Source: Phaeosaccion multiseriatum
Taxonomy: Eukaryota; Protista; Ochrophyta, other classes
Direction: 5' to 3'
Length of the DNA stretch: 64,000 bases
Assembly: GCA_965112735.1 (NCBI GenBank)
Contig: OZ218951.1
Location: forward strand, 62,001-126,000
Part shown: positions 24,180 to 38,600 of the stretch, in pieces
Layout: each line of letters opens with the position of its first letter
How positions within the stretch are numbered: the stretch's first letter is position 1
Notes under the pieces: generated by a model
Told to the model about the DNA's origin: nothing
Databases searched by the model: none
What the model saw: the letters and a program-made list of their open reading frames with translations, nothing else
Program-made: the position numbers and the translations under genes

Positions 24180-27100
24180 GCCTCTCGCAGAAGGAGGGTG
24201 ATTCCTGGCCCCTCTCTGCCTGCGCTCGGAATATGCCGACGATGTCCCTCAGGGACGCCGCCGCCTCCTCCTGCTGCACGTAACGGTCCTGCGAGAGAGG
24301 GTAGGGGGGCACGGCAAGGCAAGACATGGCAAGGCCAGGCCCTCGTCAGAGGAAGGGTGAAACAGACGCACGCACGAGCGGGGAAGGCGACAAACCTCCC
24401 ACATGTCCCTCTCCACGCAGAGGTCGCGAATGATCTTGTCGAGCCGGGCCCTCTGCGCCTCTGCTGCCATCGCCTGGGTCTCCCCCTGAGAAGCACGAGC
24501 AAACGCGCACACACAAGTCAGGCAGTGTCCAGCGTCGGCAGTCCCCTCGAGCGGTCGGTATGCAAGGTGGGGACTTGACGCAAAGCCCTGTCCCCTGGTA
24601 GATCCACTCGACTCCTCCCCCTCAGTCCTAATGGTCAGAGCTGCGAGGTCTATTGATCCGCCCCCCTTCCCCTTCGCCGCTCCACAGGGACGAGGACGAG
24701 CACCCACTCACACACTCACACTCACACTCACACTCACCGCCTCAGCAGACAGCGCCATCTGCTTGAGCTTGAGCGTGGCGGCGTCAAGTTGCGACTGCTC
24801 AAGGAGCAGAGGTAAAGGGGCAGGCATATGGGCAGGGGGCACAGCGTCAGGTGCAGCGCATGGCCGTCCAAGGGGTCGTCCAAGGGCTCTCATGTTCTCT
24901 TTGAGAGAGACGGGAGCGCCACGCTCTAACGGAGAGGACTGTGAGAAGGGCTCCGGCTTCCGAAGGAAGGAACTCTCTCATCTCTCTGATCCTCTCAGCG
25001 CTAAACCATGCACAAGCACGAGGCACACCCCTCGGGGCGGATGCTTGTATGTGTATGTGTATGTGTGTGTGTGTGCGTGTGTGTGTGCCCATGTACCTGC
25101 ATGGCTTGCACGTCCCCCCTGGCGCCTCTCTGCCCCTCTCTGCTGCTCTTGAGGCGTGCCCTTAGCTTGGTGATGGCAAGTTGGTATGCGCACAGGAGCT
25201 TGGCCACCTTGGGGGGCAGGCCCTGCCCCTCAACCTCTCCATCGCCCTCTCCATCGCCCTCTCGCTCGCCGTCTTCCTCTCCCTCTGCCACGCCGTTTTG
25301 TGAGAGCCCGTCCCCAGGCCGCCTCCGCTGCCGCCGGCCCTGAACGGAGCCCGCGGCCCTTAGAGCGCTCACCTGGGCCCTGTCACAGGCAATTCAGGCA
25401 ATTCAGAAAGACGGAGTGTGACACACACGATGGAGAGAAGCAAAAGCGAGGGAGGTGAGCGACAGTCCACCAAATATGCAAAGAGCGCACCCACGGGATG
25501 GTAGTGCCAGTGGGTGAGTGCGTGCCTGAGGGTGGCGTTTTCGAGCTTGAGCTCCTCCATTGCCTCCGCGTCTTGGCGCCGCTCCTCCTCCGCGGCGGTG
25601 TCCACCTCTCTCCTAAGGACAGGAACAGAGGGGCGGAGGAGCAGCTAATAGAGTGAGCGGGGCTCAGCCATTAGCACAGAGAGTGGGGAGGGAGTGAGCC
25701 AAAAGACCGACCGAACGACAGACCGACCGACCAAAAGACGGAGCTACCCACCTGCTCTCGTCCGCGGCAAGCACCGAGGCGTCCCTCGCCTCCGCCAAAG
25801 CGAGCGCCACCCCGGCCCCTCCGCTCAAGTGCCACTTCGCTGCATAGAGAGAGAGAGAGAAAGAGAGAGAGACAGACACAGAGAGAGAGTGCCACACACG
25901 CCGCCCCAGGGGTGATGCTTAGGGATGTTCGCGCGCGCCCCCCCCCCCTACCCTTGGCCACACATCGCGCCCACCCCTCTGTCCTGACACCCCTCACACC
26001 TGACCCTTATCCCTAACCCCCCCTCCCCTCACCCGTCACCCCTCATCCCTCACCCGTCCCCCCTCACCCCTCAGCCCTCACCCCTCCGTCCTGACACCCC
26101 TCACCCCTCACCCCTCACCAGCGCAGGCCGCACGGACCTGTCTTCGCTGTCCTTGCCCTCCCCTTGCTCCTTCCCCTGCCCTTTTGGAGCTGCCCCTGCA
26201 GCCCCTGCACCTGCGCCTGTGGAGGCGAGGGGAGGGAGCGGGTGAGAAGGAGGGGGGGGCGGCAAGGTGCTTCTATCCAAGCGCCCCTTCAGAGAAGGGG
26301 CTTCCGCGGTCTCATTCACTCCCTCCATTCCTCCTTCGCCCTTCCCCTTACTCACTCATTCCCTCCTCGTTCACTCAGTCCTGCACGCACGCACTCACTT
26401 ACTCACTCAAGTCACTCACTCACCCACGTATCCATTCACTCACTCACCCACTCACACTCACTTCGTCCCTCACTCACACACTCACTCAATCCCCTATTCC
26501 CTCCCTCCCCCCCTCCCTTCCCACTCACTCAGTCACGCAAGCACTCACTCATTCACTTACTCACATGCTCAGTCACTCAGTCACCCAGTTACCCACACAC
26601 TCACTCCTTCGCTCACTCACGTATCGGCTCACGCACTGACCAATCACTTACGCAAACACTCTCACTTATCACTCGCTCCCTCCCCCTCCCTCACTCACCC
26701 ACTCCCTCCCTCCCTGACTTTTGTACTGTACTTCCTCACGTATCGACTCACGCACTCACTCAATCAATCACTCACGGAAATATACGCACTCATCACTCTG
26801 TCCCTCCCTCACTGAGTCACTCACCCACTCACTCCCTCACTCCCTCGAGTACTGTACTCACTCACTTATCGACTCACACACTCACTCAATCACTCACGCA
26901 AAACACTCACTCATCACTCGCTCCCTCTTTCTCTCCCTCCCTCCCTCCTACACTCACTCACTCACTCCTTCGCTCACTCACGTATCGGCTCACGCACTGA
27001 CTCAATCACTTACGCAAACACTCTCACTCATCACTCGCTCCCTCCCCCTCCCTCACTCACCCACTCCCTCCCTCCCTGACTTTTGTACTGTACTTACTCA

Positions 27101-28737
27101 CGTATCGACTCACGCACTCACTCAATCACGCACGCAAACATACACACTCATCACTCTGTCCCTCCCTCACTCAGTCACTCACACACTCACTCCCTCCCTC
27201 ACTCCCTCTTGTACTGTACTCACTCACTTATCGACTCACACACTCACTCATCACTCGCTCCCTCTTTCTCTCCCTCCCTCCTACACTCACTCACTCACTC
27301 ACTCCTTCACTATAACTCACTCCCTCACTCAGTCACTTCTGTACTGTACTCACTCACGTATCGACTCATGCACTCACTCAACCACTCACGCAAACATGCA
27401 CACTCGCTCCCTCTCTCGCTCCCTCCTTCACTCACTCACTCCCTTCCTCCTCACTCACGTCTATCTGGTCGAGCAGTTGGTACGCCGTGAAGGAAGGGCC
27501 CGAGTGCACGCCGCGCTGGAGGGGGGGTGGGAATAGCAAACGAGCGAGCGAGTGAACTGGAGGAAGTCACGCACAGGAGTGGGTCGTGCGGCTCAGCGTA
27601 GGCAGACTCCCCACTCCGCTCTTTCTCCCCTCTCTAATCCCTCCTGCTCTGAGCTCCTCCACTGTGCTTGGTCCCTTCGCTCCCTACTATCTCTCGACCT
27701 CCCCTCTACTCTAATCATCCACACTCTGGCAGCGCTCTGCTCTGCTTGCGCCCTGCCCCATTTCCTCTCTCTCTTCTACTTCTCTTCTCCTTCTGCTCTT
27801 ATCCTCCTTCACTCTACTGCCCTCCCCTCTATCCTCCTGCTTCCCACCTGCATGTGTCGCCTGAGCGAGAGGGTGAGGGCCCTCAGCGCAGCGAGGTGCT
27901 TGCTCGCCTCCCTCTCGCGCTCCACCACCGCCTGCTCCGCGGCAGCCAGCCCGTCCCGCAGCCCTGCACACACGGTTATAGCACGTTAAAGCACGGCTGT
28001 CACTCCTCCAATATGTGTAGACACAAACGAGCGAGAAGCTCTTCCTCCGCCTCTCTTTCTCCCCTCCCCGACACTGGACAGAGCCCCCCTCCCCTCGCGG
28101 TGACTTGCCTGCGAGGGAGGTTCGCGTGTGGTGCTCCTTCACCTTTTGCTCCTTGCGAAGGGCCTTGAGCTCGTAGCAGAGCTCCCTCTCCCGCCCCAGC
28201 ACCTCCTTCACCTTTTGCCGCTCGCCCTTAACGTCCCGGCTGCATCTGCGTACATGCAAGGGACGGAGGCAGCACACACGGAGAGAATCTCACTCTTTAA
28301 AAGGCTGACGAAAGCTGTCTGACTGACTGACTGACTGACTGACTGACTGACTACTGACCTGGCCAGGCTCCGCTGCAGACAGACGTGCTCCTTTTTCAAG
28401 TTGGACAGCTGCGCGGCCAAGGCGACTTCTCCACTACTGCACGGGCGCCTGAGGAGCAGACAGCGAGAAGAGGAGGGTCGGCGGGGCGGAGAGAGGTGGG
28501 GCGCATCAAGACTTGAAGGAAGAGGAGGGTTATAGACGCACGCGCAAAACACATTATAGACGCACGCACAAAAAAGGGAGGGGGGTGGGAGAGAGCAGAC
28601 ACGGTCTCCCACCTTTTCGTCGGCTGAAAGCTGTATCCCTCCTCCTTTGCATCTCTTCGGTAGTCCACCGCCCCCAAGGTGATCCAGCTACTGCTGCTAC
28701 TGCAGCTATATTCGCTGCCACTGTCCGAGCTCTCCAT
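23393..28737 (-). CDS. Multi-exon coiled-coil, Gln-rich protein of unknown function (3' end at 23731, or at 23393 if the G-run at 23769-23778 is mis-sized)
   Basis: Exons MESSDSGSEY..., GEVALAAQLSNLKKEHVCLQRSLAR, RDVKGERQKVKEVLGRERELCYELKALRKEQK, EEERRQDAEAMEELKLENATLRHAL and poly-Q, with GT-AG boundaries. Confidence 0.6.
26315..27460. repeat. Degenerate (TCAC)n-rich intron with ~360-bp internal duplications
   Basis: TCAC/ACTC runs; blocks at ~26600-26960 and ~26960-27300 are near-copies. Confidence 0.85.
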
Positions 28738-28952
28738 CGCTCACGCAGGGAACATCGGTGAGAAGAGGATCATGGGAGTCAACGGATTCTGTGAGTCAAT
28801 TGTATCACCAACCTTCCACTTTCCCGCGCCCCCACCTGGATATCGGATATCTGCGCCCCCACACGAACACCACAGGCGTATCCGCCAGCTCCCCGCAAGC
28901 AGGAGCAGGAGGAGGGGGGGGTCAAGAGGGAGAGGCCCAATCCTGGCTAGGG

Positions 28953-30683
28953 ATGGATTCCTACGTGGACTTTATAGCGGGCTGGGTGAGGTACGCCAAC
29001 TTTTGTCTCCTCCCTGTCCCACCTCCACTCTCACTCGCTCCGCGAATTGTGCCTGCCCTCCTTCTCACGCCTTTCGCCAGTGGAGGGGCGGGGCTCCTCG
29101 CCACGCAGCCCTTCGACGGGGTGCTCGTCCGCCTGCAGCAGCCCAAGATGGCTGCGCTGGGGCTACGCCGTGGCTTTTCAGAGTCTTTCACGCGGGCACG
29201 CAGCACCGGACTGTTCCAGGGCCTGTGGCCTATGGTGCTGAGGTGAGGGCACCTAAATGCGGCGCGGGGGAGTGCTCATGATCGCTACGGGCTGAGGCTG
29301 GGTGCTGGTGGGAACGAGAGCAGTCTTTCTTCTCACCTGCCATGTCTTCTTGCCCCTCTCGCTTCCCGCGGCTGCTATTGCTATTGCTGCTGTCATGTGG
29401 TGACTGCAGCGTGCCCCTTCAAAACGCAATTCTCTTCGCCGGCTTTGGCGTGGGCAAGAGCCTGGTGTCGGAGAAGGGCGAGCTGCTGCCCGTGTTTGCC
29501 GGGGGGTGCGCCGGGGGCTTCCTGCAGAGTTTCGTCATGAGCCCCGTGGAGCTTGTCAAGATCAGGGCTCAGCTCGGGCAGCAGGAGGGAGGTGAGTTGG
29601 GAGTGGGAGGCAGTCCCAAAGGGGCTTCGAAGACGACTGCGACGGTCTTGGATCGATCTGATGATGGGCTCCAGTCGGCTCCACACCCCGAAACGTGCCC
29701 TTCACCTCCTCCTCTTTTGCTGTCCCTCTATGACCGACCCAGGTACTTCGATGCTGCAGCGCTTCCAGAGCGAGATTGGAGCGAGAAGGATATTCACGGG
29801 CCTCGCCCCCACCCTTGGGAGGGACGGTGCGTCTTGGAGGAGGGCGTGGCATGAGTGAAGCAGCCGCAGAGCAGTCGGCCTCAACAAGCATGTGCAGGCA
29901 GTCTCGTCCTTGAACAATGGAAGTATTGTACGTGCCTCTGACAGAGCTCCCCTCCCCTGCCCCTCCCCGTCCCTTGCCCCTCTCTGTGTGCACAGTGCTG
30001 CCCCACGGGGTGTGGTTCGCCGCCTACGAGTTCCTCAAGGGCAAGCTCGGTGCGTGAGATAGAGAGAGACGGAGAGAGAAGGCTACCTTGTCTGCTGCCT
30101 GATCCTATTCTCAAGCGGAGTTTTGACTTACGCACCACGCGCCCCCTCACCCCCATTCCCTCTGTTGCGCAGCGGATCAGGGCGCCGCCGGACAAGTGGC
30201 GTCAGGCGCAGGGGCCGCCACGGTGAGTGACATGGCGAGAGGCAGTTCTGGCGATACGATGACCCGTCAGCTGTTGAATCCTTGCTGACCCCTTGTCGAC
30301 TCCTTGTGCCCCTCGTGTGCTCCTCTCCTCTTGTAAAGGTTGCGTGGGTGGTGGGGTATCCCTTCGACGTCATCAAGACGCGAATGCAGTCTCAGCTGGG
30401 TGGAACAGCCGCAGCAGAAGGGGCATCAGCAGGGGCTTCGGCGGGAGGGAAAGTAGGAGCAGCAGCAGCAGGAGGAGGAGGAGCTACAGCAGGGGCAGCA
30501 GCGACCGCAGGGACGGAGGGCGGGGGTAAGGGCATGCTGGCTGTGGCGGGGCGCATGCTGAGCGAGGAGGGCGGGGTGGTGTTCTGGAGGGGGCTTGACC
30601 TCAAGCTCATGCGGGCCGTGCCCATGAGTGTCATCGGCTTTTACGTCTACGAGGCCGCGGCACAGCTGCTCAGGGCCTCATAG
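28953..30683 (+). CDS. Mitochondrial carrier (SLC25; carnitine or basic-amino-acid carrier-like)
   Basis: Three Px[DE]xx[KR]x[RK]-type signatures (QPFDGVLVRLQ, SPVELVKIRAQ, YPFDVIKTRMQ), N-terminal DFIAGWVSG, C-terminal FWRGLDLKLMRAVP; multi-exon. Confidence 0.92.
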
Positions 30684-31080
30684 CTGCTTACTCAGGTCAT
30701 TTTGTCTCGCTTAGGCAGGGGGGTCACGGCAGACGGGTCACGGCAGACGGGGGGCCTAAGCGCGTACACAGGGCGACCGTTCAGTGGGGGGCCGAACTTA
30801 TCTTATTTTTTGTAGAGAAGGGGCCGACTGGACTTTATAGAGTTGTTACTGTTTCGAAAAAATACATATAAAATTGTGTCTCACAAAAGTTGATACTTAT
30901 GCACATGAAAGAAGCAGAGATGAGGAGAGCTGAGGCTCGACGGGGCAAAACACAAATCCCTTCCCCCCATCCCCCCGTCAGACTTTATATATACATATAT
31001 ATCTTCCTCACGCCGAGCACAAGGCGCGGGGCGGTGGCAGGGCGGCCGCGAGGGATGACGCCTCTTCAGTGCGCCAGCTC

Positions 31081-32172
31081 TCACGCTGGCGAAAGCGATG
31101 CTACCGGGGAGGCCTCCTCCTCCTCCTCGTCCTCGTCCTCCTTGTCTTTATTCTCTCTGAACCCCACAGTACTGAGGTACGTCTGCCAGAAGATCTGAAC
31201 GCCACTAGCATAGGTGGGGCGGATGTGAATGGGCACAAACGAGAAGCCAATGAAGTTGGCGATGGGCCACAGTTTGAGGTCGGTCGTCCACGTCTCAAAC
31301 AGCTTGGCCCTGACGTTCGCCTCGGCCGCTGCAAAGTCACCACCACTCGAGTACAGCGCCGACACTGACAGGTAGCTCACGGCCAGCTGAGGACCGAACA
31401 CGAGCTCATCGCACACAATCTTCTTGAGCACGGACACCGTGTCCACCCTGTGAGTGTGTGAGTGAGTGGGGAGGGGTGAGTGCGCGGGTGAGAGAGTGAA
31501 TGCGTCAGTGATTTGAGTGAGTGAGTGAGTGAGTGAGTGAGTGAGTGAGTGGGGTGAATGAGTGAGTGAGTGATTTGAGTGAGTGAGTGAGTGCGTGGGG
31601 TGAGTGAGTGAGTGAGTGAGTGCGTGGGGTGAGTGAGTGCGTGAGTAAGTGAGTGTGCGTGAGTGAGTGATTGAGTGAGTGAGTGAGCGAGCGAGTGAGC
31701 CAGCAAGTAAGTGACCTGGGGCTCACGATGCGGTCCAAAGCGCGGTACCAGTAGTGCATGAAGATACCGTTCTGCACGAGCCCCTGAGCGAGGAGAGCAT
31801 GCATCATGCAGGTAGGGAGGGGGGCAGGCCTGAGCCACAAATTGTGTACCATATCACTCCAGGAGCAATGATCTAAACTTTTAATGAGACTGCGAAATGG
31901 GGAAGTGTTGCAGCCAGCCCAGCCATATCTGTGCTCCTCACCAGACATCCCATCGTGAGCGTCCGCTTGGGATCCCACGCCCTGCTGTTGCTGGTGCTGC
32001 TGCCGCTCAGCTTCTTCTCCTCCGCCATCCTCTCCAGAGCCTGGGCAATCCCATCCCCGATGGAGAAGACAGTGAACCCCACACATGCATTGGCCGCGAG
32101 AGTGTGCTCTTTGTAGAAGGAAGCCACCTTGAGCCGGGCGGCCAGGAGCCGTGCTTTAATAAGGCTGCCCAT
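31081..32172 (-). CDS. Mpv17/PMP22 family membrane protein (3 exons)
   Basis: GDGIAQ, WDPKRT, HYWYRALDR, KKIVCDELVFGP and WPIANFIGFSFVPIHIRPTY...FWQTYLS motifs. Confidence 0.93.
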
Positions 32173-32252
32173 TTGACTCCTATGATTGTATGCTGCTACT
32201 GCTGGGCTGGTGCTGCTGCTGCGGATGCTGCGGCTGCTGCTGCGGCTGCTGC

Positions 32253-32293
<41 letters not shown>

Positions 32294-32699
32294 CCTGAGG
32301 CCCCTAAGCCCCCATTGCTCCTCTCCTGGGCCGTGCTAAAGGCCCCTTCCTACTTGCCATTTTGTTATTCCCCCATTCCCCCCCCCACTCGTACGTTGGG
32401 GTTCCTTTTTTTAGGGCCTCCCGCAAGGGGGGATGATTCCGCACACCGTAGTCCAGGGTCGAGTGGGCGATAGTGCGTCAGGCGTCGACAACAGTATCCC
32501 TCTCACTTCGTCAACCCCTGATACACTATCGCCCACATTCTCGTCTTCGACCCTTCCATTTTTCCATCTGCGCCTACCTTACGCTACTTGAAAATACGTT
32601 TTTCGATCTGTCGACTCGTAAACTCGCTCTATTCGAAAAATGGTTTTACAGCCTGGCCTTCAAGTCATCACAAAGAACTCAATGTGCTCTGCCCCCTCC

Positions 32700-35600
32700 C
32701 TAGTCATCACAGAGCAGTCTAGCTTGTCTGTCCATGTCCTCATCCTGCAGCTGCTGCACCCTGCTCATCGCATCCGTCAGTTGTGGATTGCCTAGGCAGA
32801 AGGTGAGAGAGTGAGAAGAGGGGACAGGCAGAGTCGAGCAGAGGGAGAGACAAAAGACAGATACAGAGGAGAGGGAGGGGGGGGGGGGGGAAGAGGGCGT
32901 GAGACCGAGAAAGCGAGAGAGAGAGGGAACGGGAGGGATGGATACAAGGGAGAGACTTGGCACAGGAGAGCACTTCTCGTGCTGACCTCTCCACTAGCAC
33001 AACACACCCTGCTCTCCCTACCTGGCTCAAGCTCTTCCAACCTGGAGAGGTCTCTGTAGGCACCATCCAAGTCTCCCAAGAGGCGCAGGGCCTCCGCCCG
33101 CCTGAACAGGGCCTTCCTGTTCTCTGTATCTTTGCTCAGCACCTGGCACACATACACAAACATGTATGTATAAACGTTTATGTATCCACGCACACAGGTA
33201 TGGACAAACACAATCACACCACAAGACAGACAGAAGAGCAGAGCGACAGAGACAGGCGCAGAGAGGTGGACGTGCGGGGTGCGGATACACAGGCACACGC
33301 ACCACAAGAGGGATAGAGAGACAGAGGAGCAGTGAGACAGTGAGACAGAGGGACAGAGGAGAGGTGAGGTAGTGAGAGAGAGAGACGGAGGAGAAGACAG
33401 GGGAGAAGAGAGAGAGAGAGGGAGAGAGAGGAACAGAGAGACAGCGTGCGGGTTACGGATACACATACACGCACCACAAGAGAGACAAGAGGGAAACAAA
33501 AGACACTTGCAGGTGCGGGATAAGACAGCGCACGAGCATGCGAGCCTCCTCCTCCCTCCTCCCCTCCTCCTCTCCCTCCCCCCCTCTCTACTCCCCCCCC
33601 CTTCCTCCTCCTCCTCCTCCTCCTCCTCCTCCTCCTCCTCCTTGCATACCTTGGAAACATCCAGAAGGCACTCGTTCGATCGAGGCTCATCCAACAGGAG
33701 GAAAACCAAGGCCCTGTTCAGCAAGGCCTCGGTGCACGGATCGTGCCTCTCAATGAGCCTAGTGTATCACCAGCACGTGTGAACCAAAGCAGCGAAGAGC
33801 ATAGGGGGGGGGGGGGTGAAGTGAGGTTCAAAGTGAGGAGCTTGCGACAGCAGACGAAAGGTACCCTGTCCGCTCGGTGGGGAAGAGAGGATGCTCCACA
33901 GGTAACTCAAAAGTCGTCATGCGAATCCACCGCCCGGCCCTCGTTTCGCCTGTGAGGGCACAGGAAGGAGGAAGGAGTGTAGGGGAAAAGCGAGGGAGAG
34001 AGGGAGAGAGAGAGGGAGGGAGGTGCATACCTTCCCGTCGTGCTTCTACATGCTTCACCTTACTTACTCTGTGAACCACATGAGGGCGCTGTACAGTTTT
34101 CCCGCCTTAATCATGCTGTTTCCGGTCTTGAGGTCGTACAAATACCTCTTCCTGCTCTTCTTGGGCCTCTGCTGCTGCCAAACCTTCAACTGGGCCTGGA
34201 AGGCGGCGTCTTGCTTCTCGACTGCCACACACCGTCGGTACTCCTCCATTCGCTTCTCCTGCTCCGTCCCTTCGTGCTTGATCTCACCATCACCCACACC
34301 ACTACCCACACCCTCCTCTCTGCTGACAGGCTGCGGTTCCTTCGTACCACGCATTATGGCCCGTATACACCGCTCCGCCTCCTCCTCCTCCTCGCCCGTA
34401 TTGGGAGACTGAAGCGGGCTGTCGAAAGGTGTGGAACAAGCAGACTCGTACGCTGAAACCGCTGAAACCGCTGGAGACACGGCATCCGCCACTGCTGAAG
34501 ATGAAGGTGAGGTAGTTGAAGGCGTGGACAGCGCGCCAGTGCAGAACGTTCCGTTGGTTCCATTGGCGCCGTCCTTGCCCAGGTCCCGTGCCTTCTCTTC
34601 CCGATACTGCTGTTGTGCCTGCTGTGCTCTCTCTCCATCCACTGGCGGAGGTGGCGGAGGTGGAGGAGTTGCTGGTGGTGCCCTGTCTCTCCCATCATTC
34701 TTCTTCATGCCACTTGAGCCCCCCTTTCCTCCTTTCCCCTTTCCTTTCTTCTTCTTGCTCTTGGCCTGAGATGTAAGGGTCACGTGTAGTGTACAAAGTA
34801 CAACGACAGAAAGCAAAGCAATTACTGCGGCGCCCAGATAAGACTTGGCAGCACAATGCTACATGAGCGGGGATTGCTGCAGGATAGAGCACACACGGCC
34901 GTTCTGCACACATCTCCGTGTGAGTGAGAAGGCGGGTGGGACAGCTCATGTCCGTACATCTCTGTCACTGAGTAGTAGAGGCTCGGTCACAGGCTGGCTT
35001 GGCTCGATCACCACATCACTCTGGCTGACAGAGGCCGAGTCAAAGGCTTGGCTTGGCTTGGCTTGGATGGCTCACCTTCGAGTCGGCCAGCCTCTGCTTC
35101 TCAGCGCTCTGCTCCTCCTCAGCTAACAGCTCCTCCCGAGCCTCCCTCGCTGCTTGCTCCTCTTGCCCCCTGCTGCTCTTGCCCTTGGTGGCTTGCGCTT
35201 TTGCCGCAGCCTCGGCCGCGTCCTTCTGTCCCCTTCTCTCCGCGAGCCTCCTGCACCCAAAGCAATACCCATGCAGGGGGGGGGGGCACAAGTTGCGATG
35301 AATGAACGAATGAGACAAACAAACAAACACACGCGGGGAGGCATTGGTGACGACGATGACGTCAAGAGCTCCTCGTTTCCCTTCAAACAAGAGGGGGGTG
35401 AGTTCGGTACTATCCAATCGCTCGAAGAAGGAAAGGCCGAGGGAAGTTTGAGGGCCTTTGGAGGGTTGGTTGGTCCCCAGAGGGTTGGTAGGGTTGGTCG
35501 GTCCTCCGTGAGCCTACCTACCTCTGGAGGCCCTCGTTGGCCGCCGCTTCCTTCTCGTACTTGGCCCGCAGCCCTGGGCGTTCTCTCATGTACTGCTTGA

Positions 35601-38600
35601 TGAAGGCCAGGTAGGCTGGACCCTTTACCTTCGCCTGAGGCAGGAGGGGTAGGAGGTGGAGGAGGACAAGGTCGGGCACTGCCACAAGCAACGACAATAC
35701 TAACCCTTCACCGCCGCCCAACCCAAACCCCCAAGAGTTGTGCCCAAAGCACCAACGCTCACCCCTCACCCCCCGTCCTCTCCTCCTCTCCTCCTCCCTC
35801 CCTCTCCCTCTCTCTCTCCCTCTGCGACGGGTGAAAAACTTACCACATCCATTGGGGACACGTTCTTGCGACTCTTGTCTTTGCTCCCCATCATGCCGGG
35901 GGTGCGCAAGGGGTTGGCGCCAAACTTGAGGAGCACTTCCACCACGTCATCTTTGCCCTTGTAATGCATCACTTGCCATAGTGGGGTGACGCCCACATGC
36001 CGAAGAGCAGCCTCCGAATGAGCTTTGACGTCCGCCGGCGAGGCTTGCAAACGGCAGTTACGGCGGTTACAGGGGTTACGGCGGCATATATCCGAGGGGT
36101 AGGCAGGGGGGTCAGTCAGTCAGTCAGTGTGCGATGGGGCGCGGACGGAAAGGGGGGGGGGGGGGGAAGGGAGGTTTAACTTACTGTGCTCATCGTGAGG
36201 GAGGTCAAAGGGGGGCAATCACAGGCTCTCTCTCTCTCGTACACAGAATTGCTTCGGTGCCCTGTAAGTCAAGAAATCACTCATCGCCCTCGCTGACTGC
36301 GGGACTCCGGCAGACACAACGAGGTGCCCCAACAACATACCGCATCCACTGGACCGCAGACCTTCCCTCTCCCCCAGCCTCCGTCCGTCCCTCTTGGTCC
36401 GCCCATGCAATACCGTACACTCACACTTACCCGGTTCACGATCAGCCTTTCGGCAAGCTCATCCATAACTTTCAAAATTGCCACTTTGCGCTTGATGGCC
36501 CAGGCTCGCGGCTCGTTGGGGGTGTCTGGGCCTGGCGGTGGCGGCTTGAGCATGACCTCCAACACGCGATGTCGATCCTCCTCCTTCTTGAAGTCCATAA
36601 GGCAAGCGCGTCTGTGGTACGTAGATGGAAGGAGGGGTGGTGCGTATGTTGGCAGCAGCAGTAGCAGTAGCAGTTGGTCATTCAGCAGCAGCAACAGCAG
36701 CAGCAGCAGCAGTAGCAGTTGGTCATTCAGCAACAGCAGCAGCAGTAGACAAGGGGGCATTAGAGAGAAAGGGGCCTCTCGCTTGTCGACAACACGGACG
36801 GAAGAAAAGAATGGACGAGGTGCCTCCCTCTCATACTAAAATGAGGGAGAAGAGGGAGGGGGGGTTGGGTGTGCTTGGCCTTCTGTGGGCCGCGGAAGGG
36901 TTCACGGGTGGACCATTCTTTGTGTAATGCAATGCGTATGCCAACTTCAAAGCACACCGATATGAGATCGATATCTAGTGTCGACATAGATTATTGGAAG
37001 AATTGCAGTGGGACATCAGTAAGGGACTTACAGGAGTGGAGTGAAGCGCTTATCGTTCTCGACCGAGGTGAAAGGGTCGACTATGCCGCTGTTAATGAGG
37101 AGCGGCAAACACCTCAAATTGCCCCGGGCACACATGCGAAGGATTTGATCCGCGCTACACAAAGAGGACCCTGGCACCTGGCTGCCCAGGTGGAGTATGA
37201 ACTCCGCTTCCTCGGTCCCTGTGGTGGTAGGAGTGCAGGGGGAGGAATAAGTGAAGAGGAGGAGGGGTGCAAACACAGAAAGCACTTTTGATGAGAGTGG
37301 AACTCAAGAGGCATGGGACTTTGACTTTCCTACGCTCAGTCTTTCTCGTCCCAGGGGGGGGGAGGGAGCATGTTCGCTCCCCCCTTCCAACCCCATTTCC
37401 TCTCCCCTAGCCCTCCAAACGGCACGTACTCCACGATAATAGCTCCCTCTCTCCTCTCCCAACAAGACGCACGCACGTTGTAGCTCGGCACATGCCAAGA
37501 AGCAGAGTCGGACATGCTCGTTCGTGTACAGTTCGAGTTCCATCAAGCGGGCCAGCAGCTTCCTGCTCCACCTAGGCTTGACGAAGCCTTCCTCTTTGGT
37601 GATTCGCACCCCACTGGCCTGGCGACGGCGTGGGGAATCGCGGAAGCAAAAGTGCAGGACAGAGGTCGGAAGGAGAAGAAGAAGGGGAGGTAAGTCACCA
37701 ATCAGCAGGAGGATGGACGGGTGAGGGCGCGAGAGATTGAGCACAGAGAGCAATATATAATAAAAAGAGGGCTGAGCGCGCGAGAGAGCAGAAAGCAGGT
37801 GGGTAGCGCGGATGCTCCTCTACGGTCACAGAAGGGAGGGTCAGCTACTCCGTTGTGTTGCTTCAATAGTCATGAGTCATGGTGGAGGGGGGAGAGGGCA
37901 ATGTGGTGAAAGTCAAGAAACGAAGGCTTGCGTGCACAACCCATGAGGGTAGCAGAAACCTTGAAGACAGGATGCACGCTCCTTGTAGAGAACAGGAGAC
38001 AAACAAAACAAAAAAAGCAAAAGCTGCAATAACCTAACAAACGTACATGCTCCCACGCCACGATTTGCAGCTTCTTACGCACGCTGGATAATTCGGGCTC
38101 ATGCTGGATCTGTGAGAGAGAGAGAGCAGGAAGGACGCGAGCGCAACAATCCAAAGGGGAAGGAAACGACGTCACAGCTTGGCAGTGACTGGCCCGGTGT
38201 GTGAATTGCGAGAGAGCGAGGTGAAGGTGTCGAGGAGAGAAGGCTGACCAAGCAGTGAGAGGGCACAGACAGCTGCAAGGAGGGAGCCGAGCCGCCCCCT
38301 TCAAGATAAGCAGAGGAGAGGGAGAGCGCTTCTGTTGCGTGTGCGTGCGTGTGTGCACGTGATTGCGACACTTCCTTCAGGCGTGAGAAGGAGTAGGATA
38401 AAGGCAGCAATAGGATGAGCCCCCATTCTTTGATACAATCTCTTGTGTACGTGTGTGTGGGTAGAGGACCTGCCCCCCCCCCCCCCCCCCCCCCCCCCAC
38501 TCACCTGCCCTCGCGAGACTTCCAGCAGCAGCAAGACCTTGGCCTCGAGGTTTTGAAACACAGCCTCGTCCAGCGCCTCCAGGGGGTCTGCTCCATCCTC

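Noticed and set aside
24410-24485. AMAAEAQRARLDKI resembles LAMEAERARLESI in the 7774-7872 exon
   Set aside because: Short helical similarity with no supporting flanking or nucleotide match.
26000-26120. CCCTAA/CCCTCA telomere-like units
   Set aside because: Intronic, irregular low-complexity sequence with a single CCCTAA.
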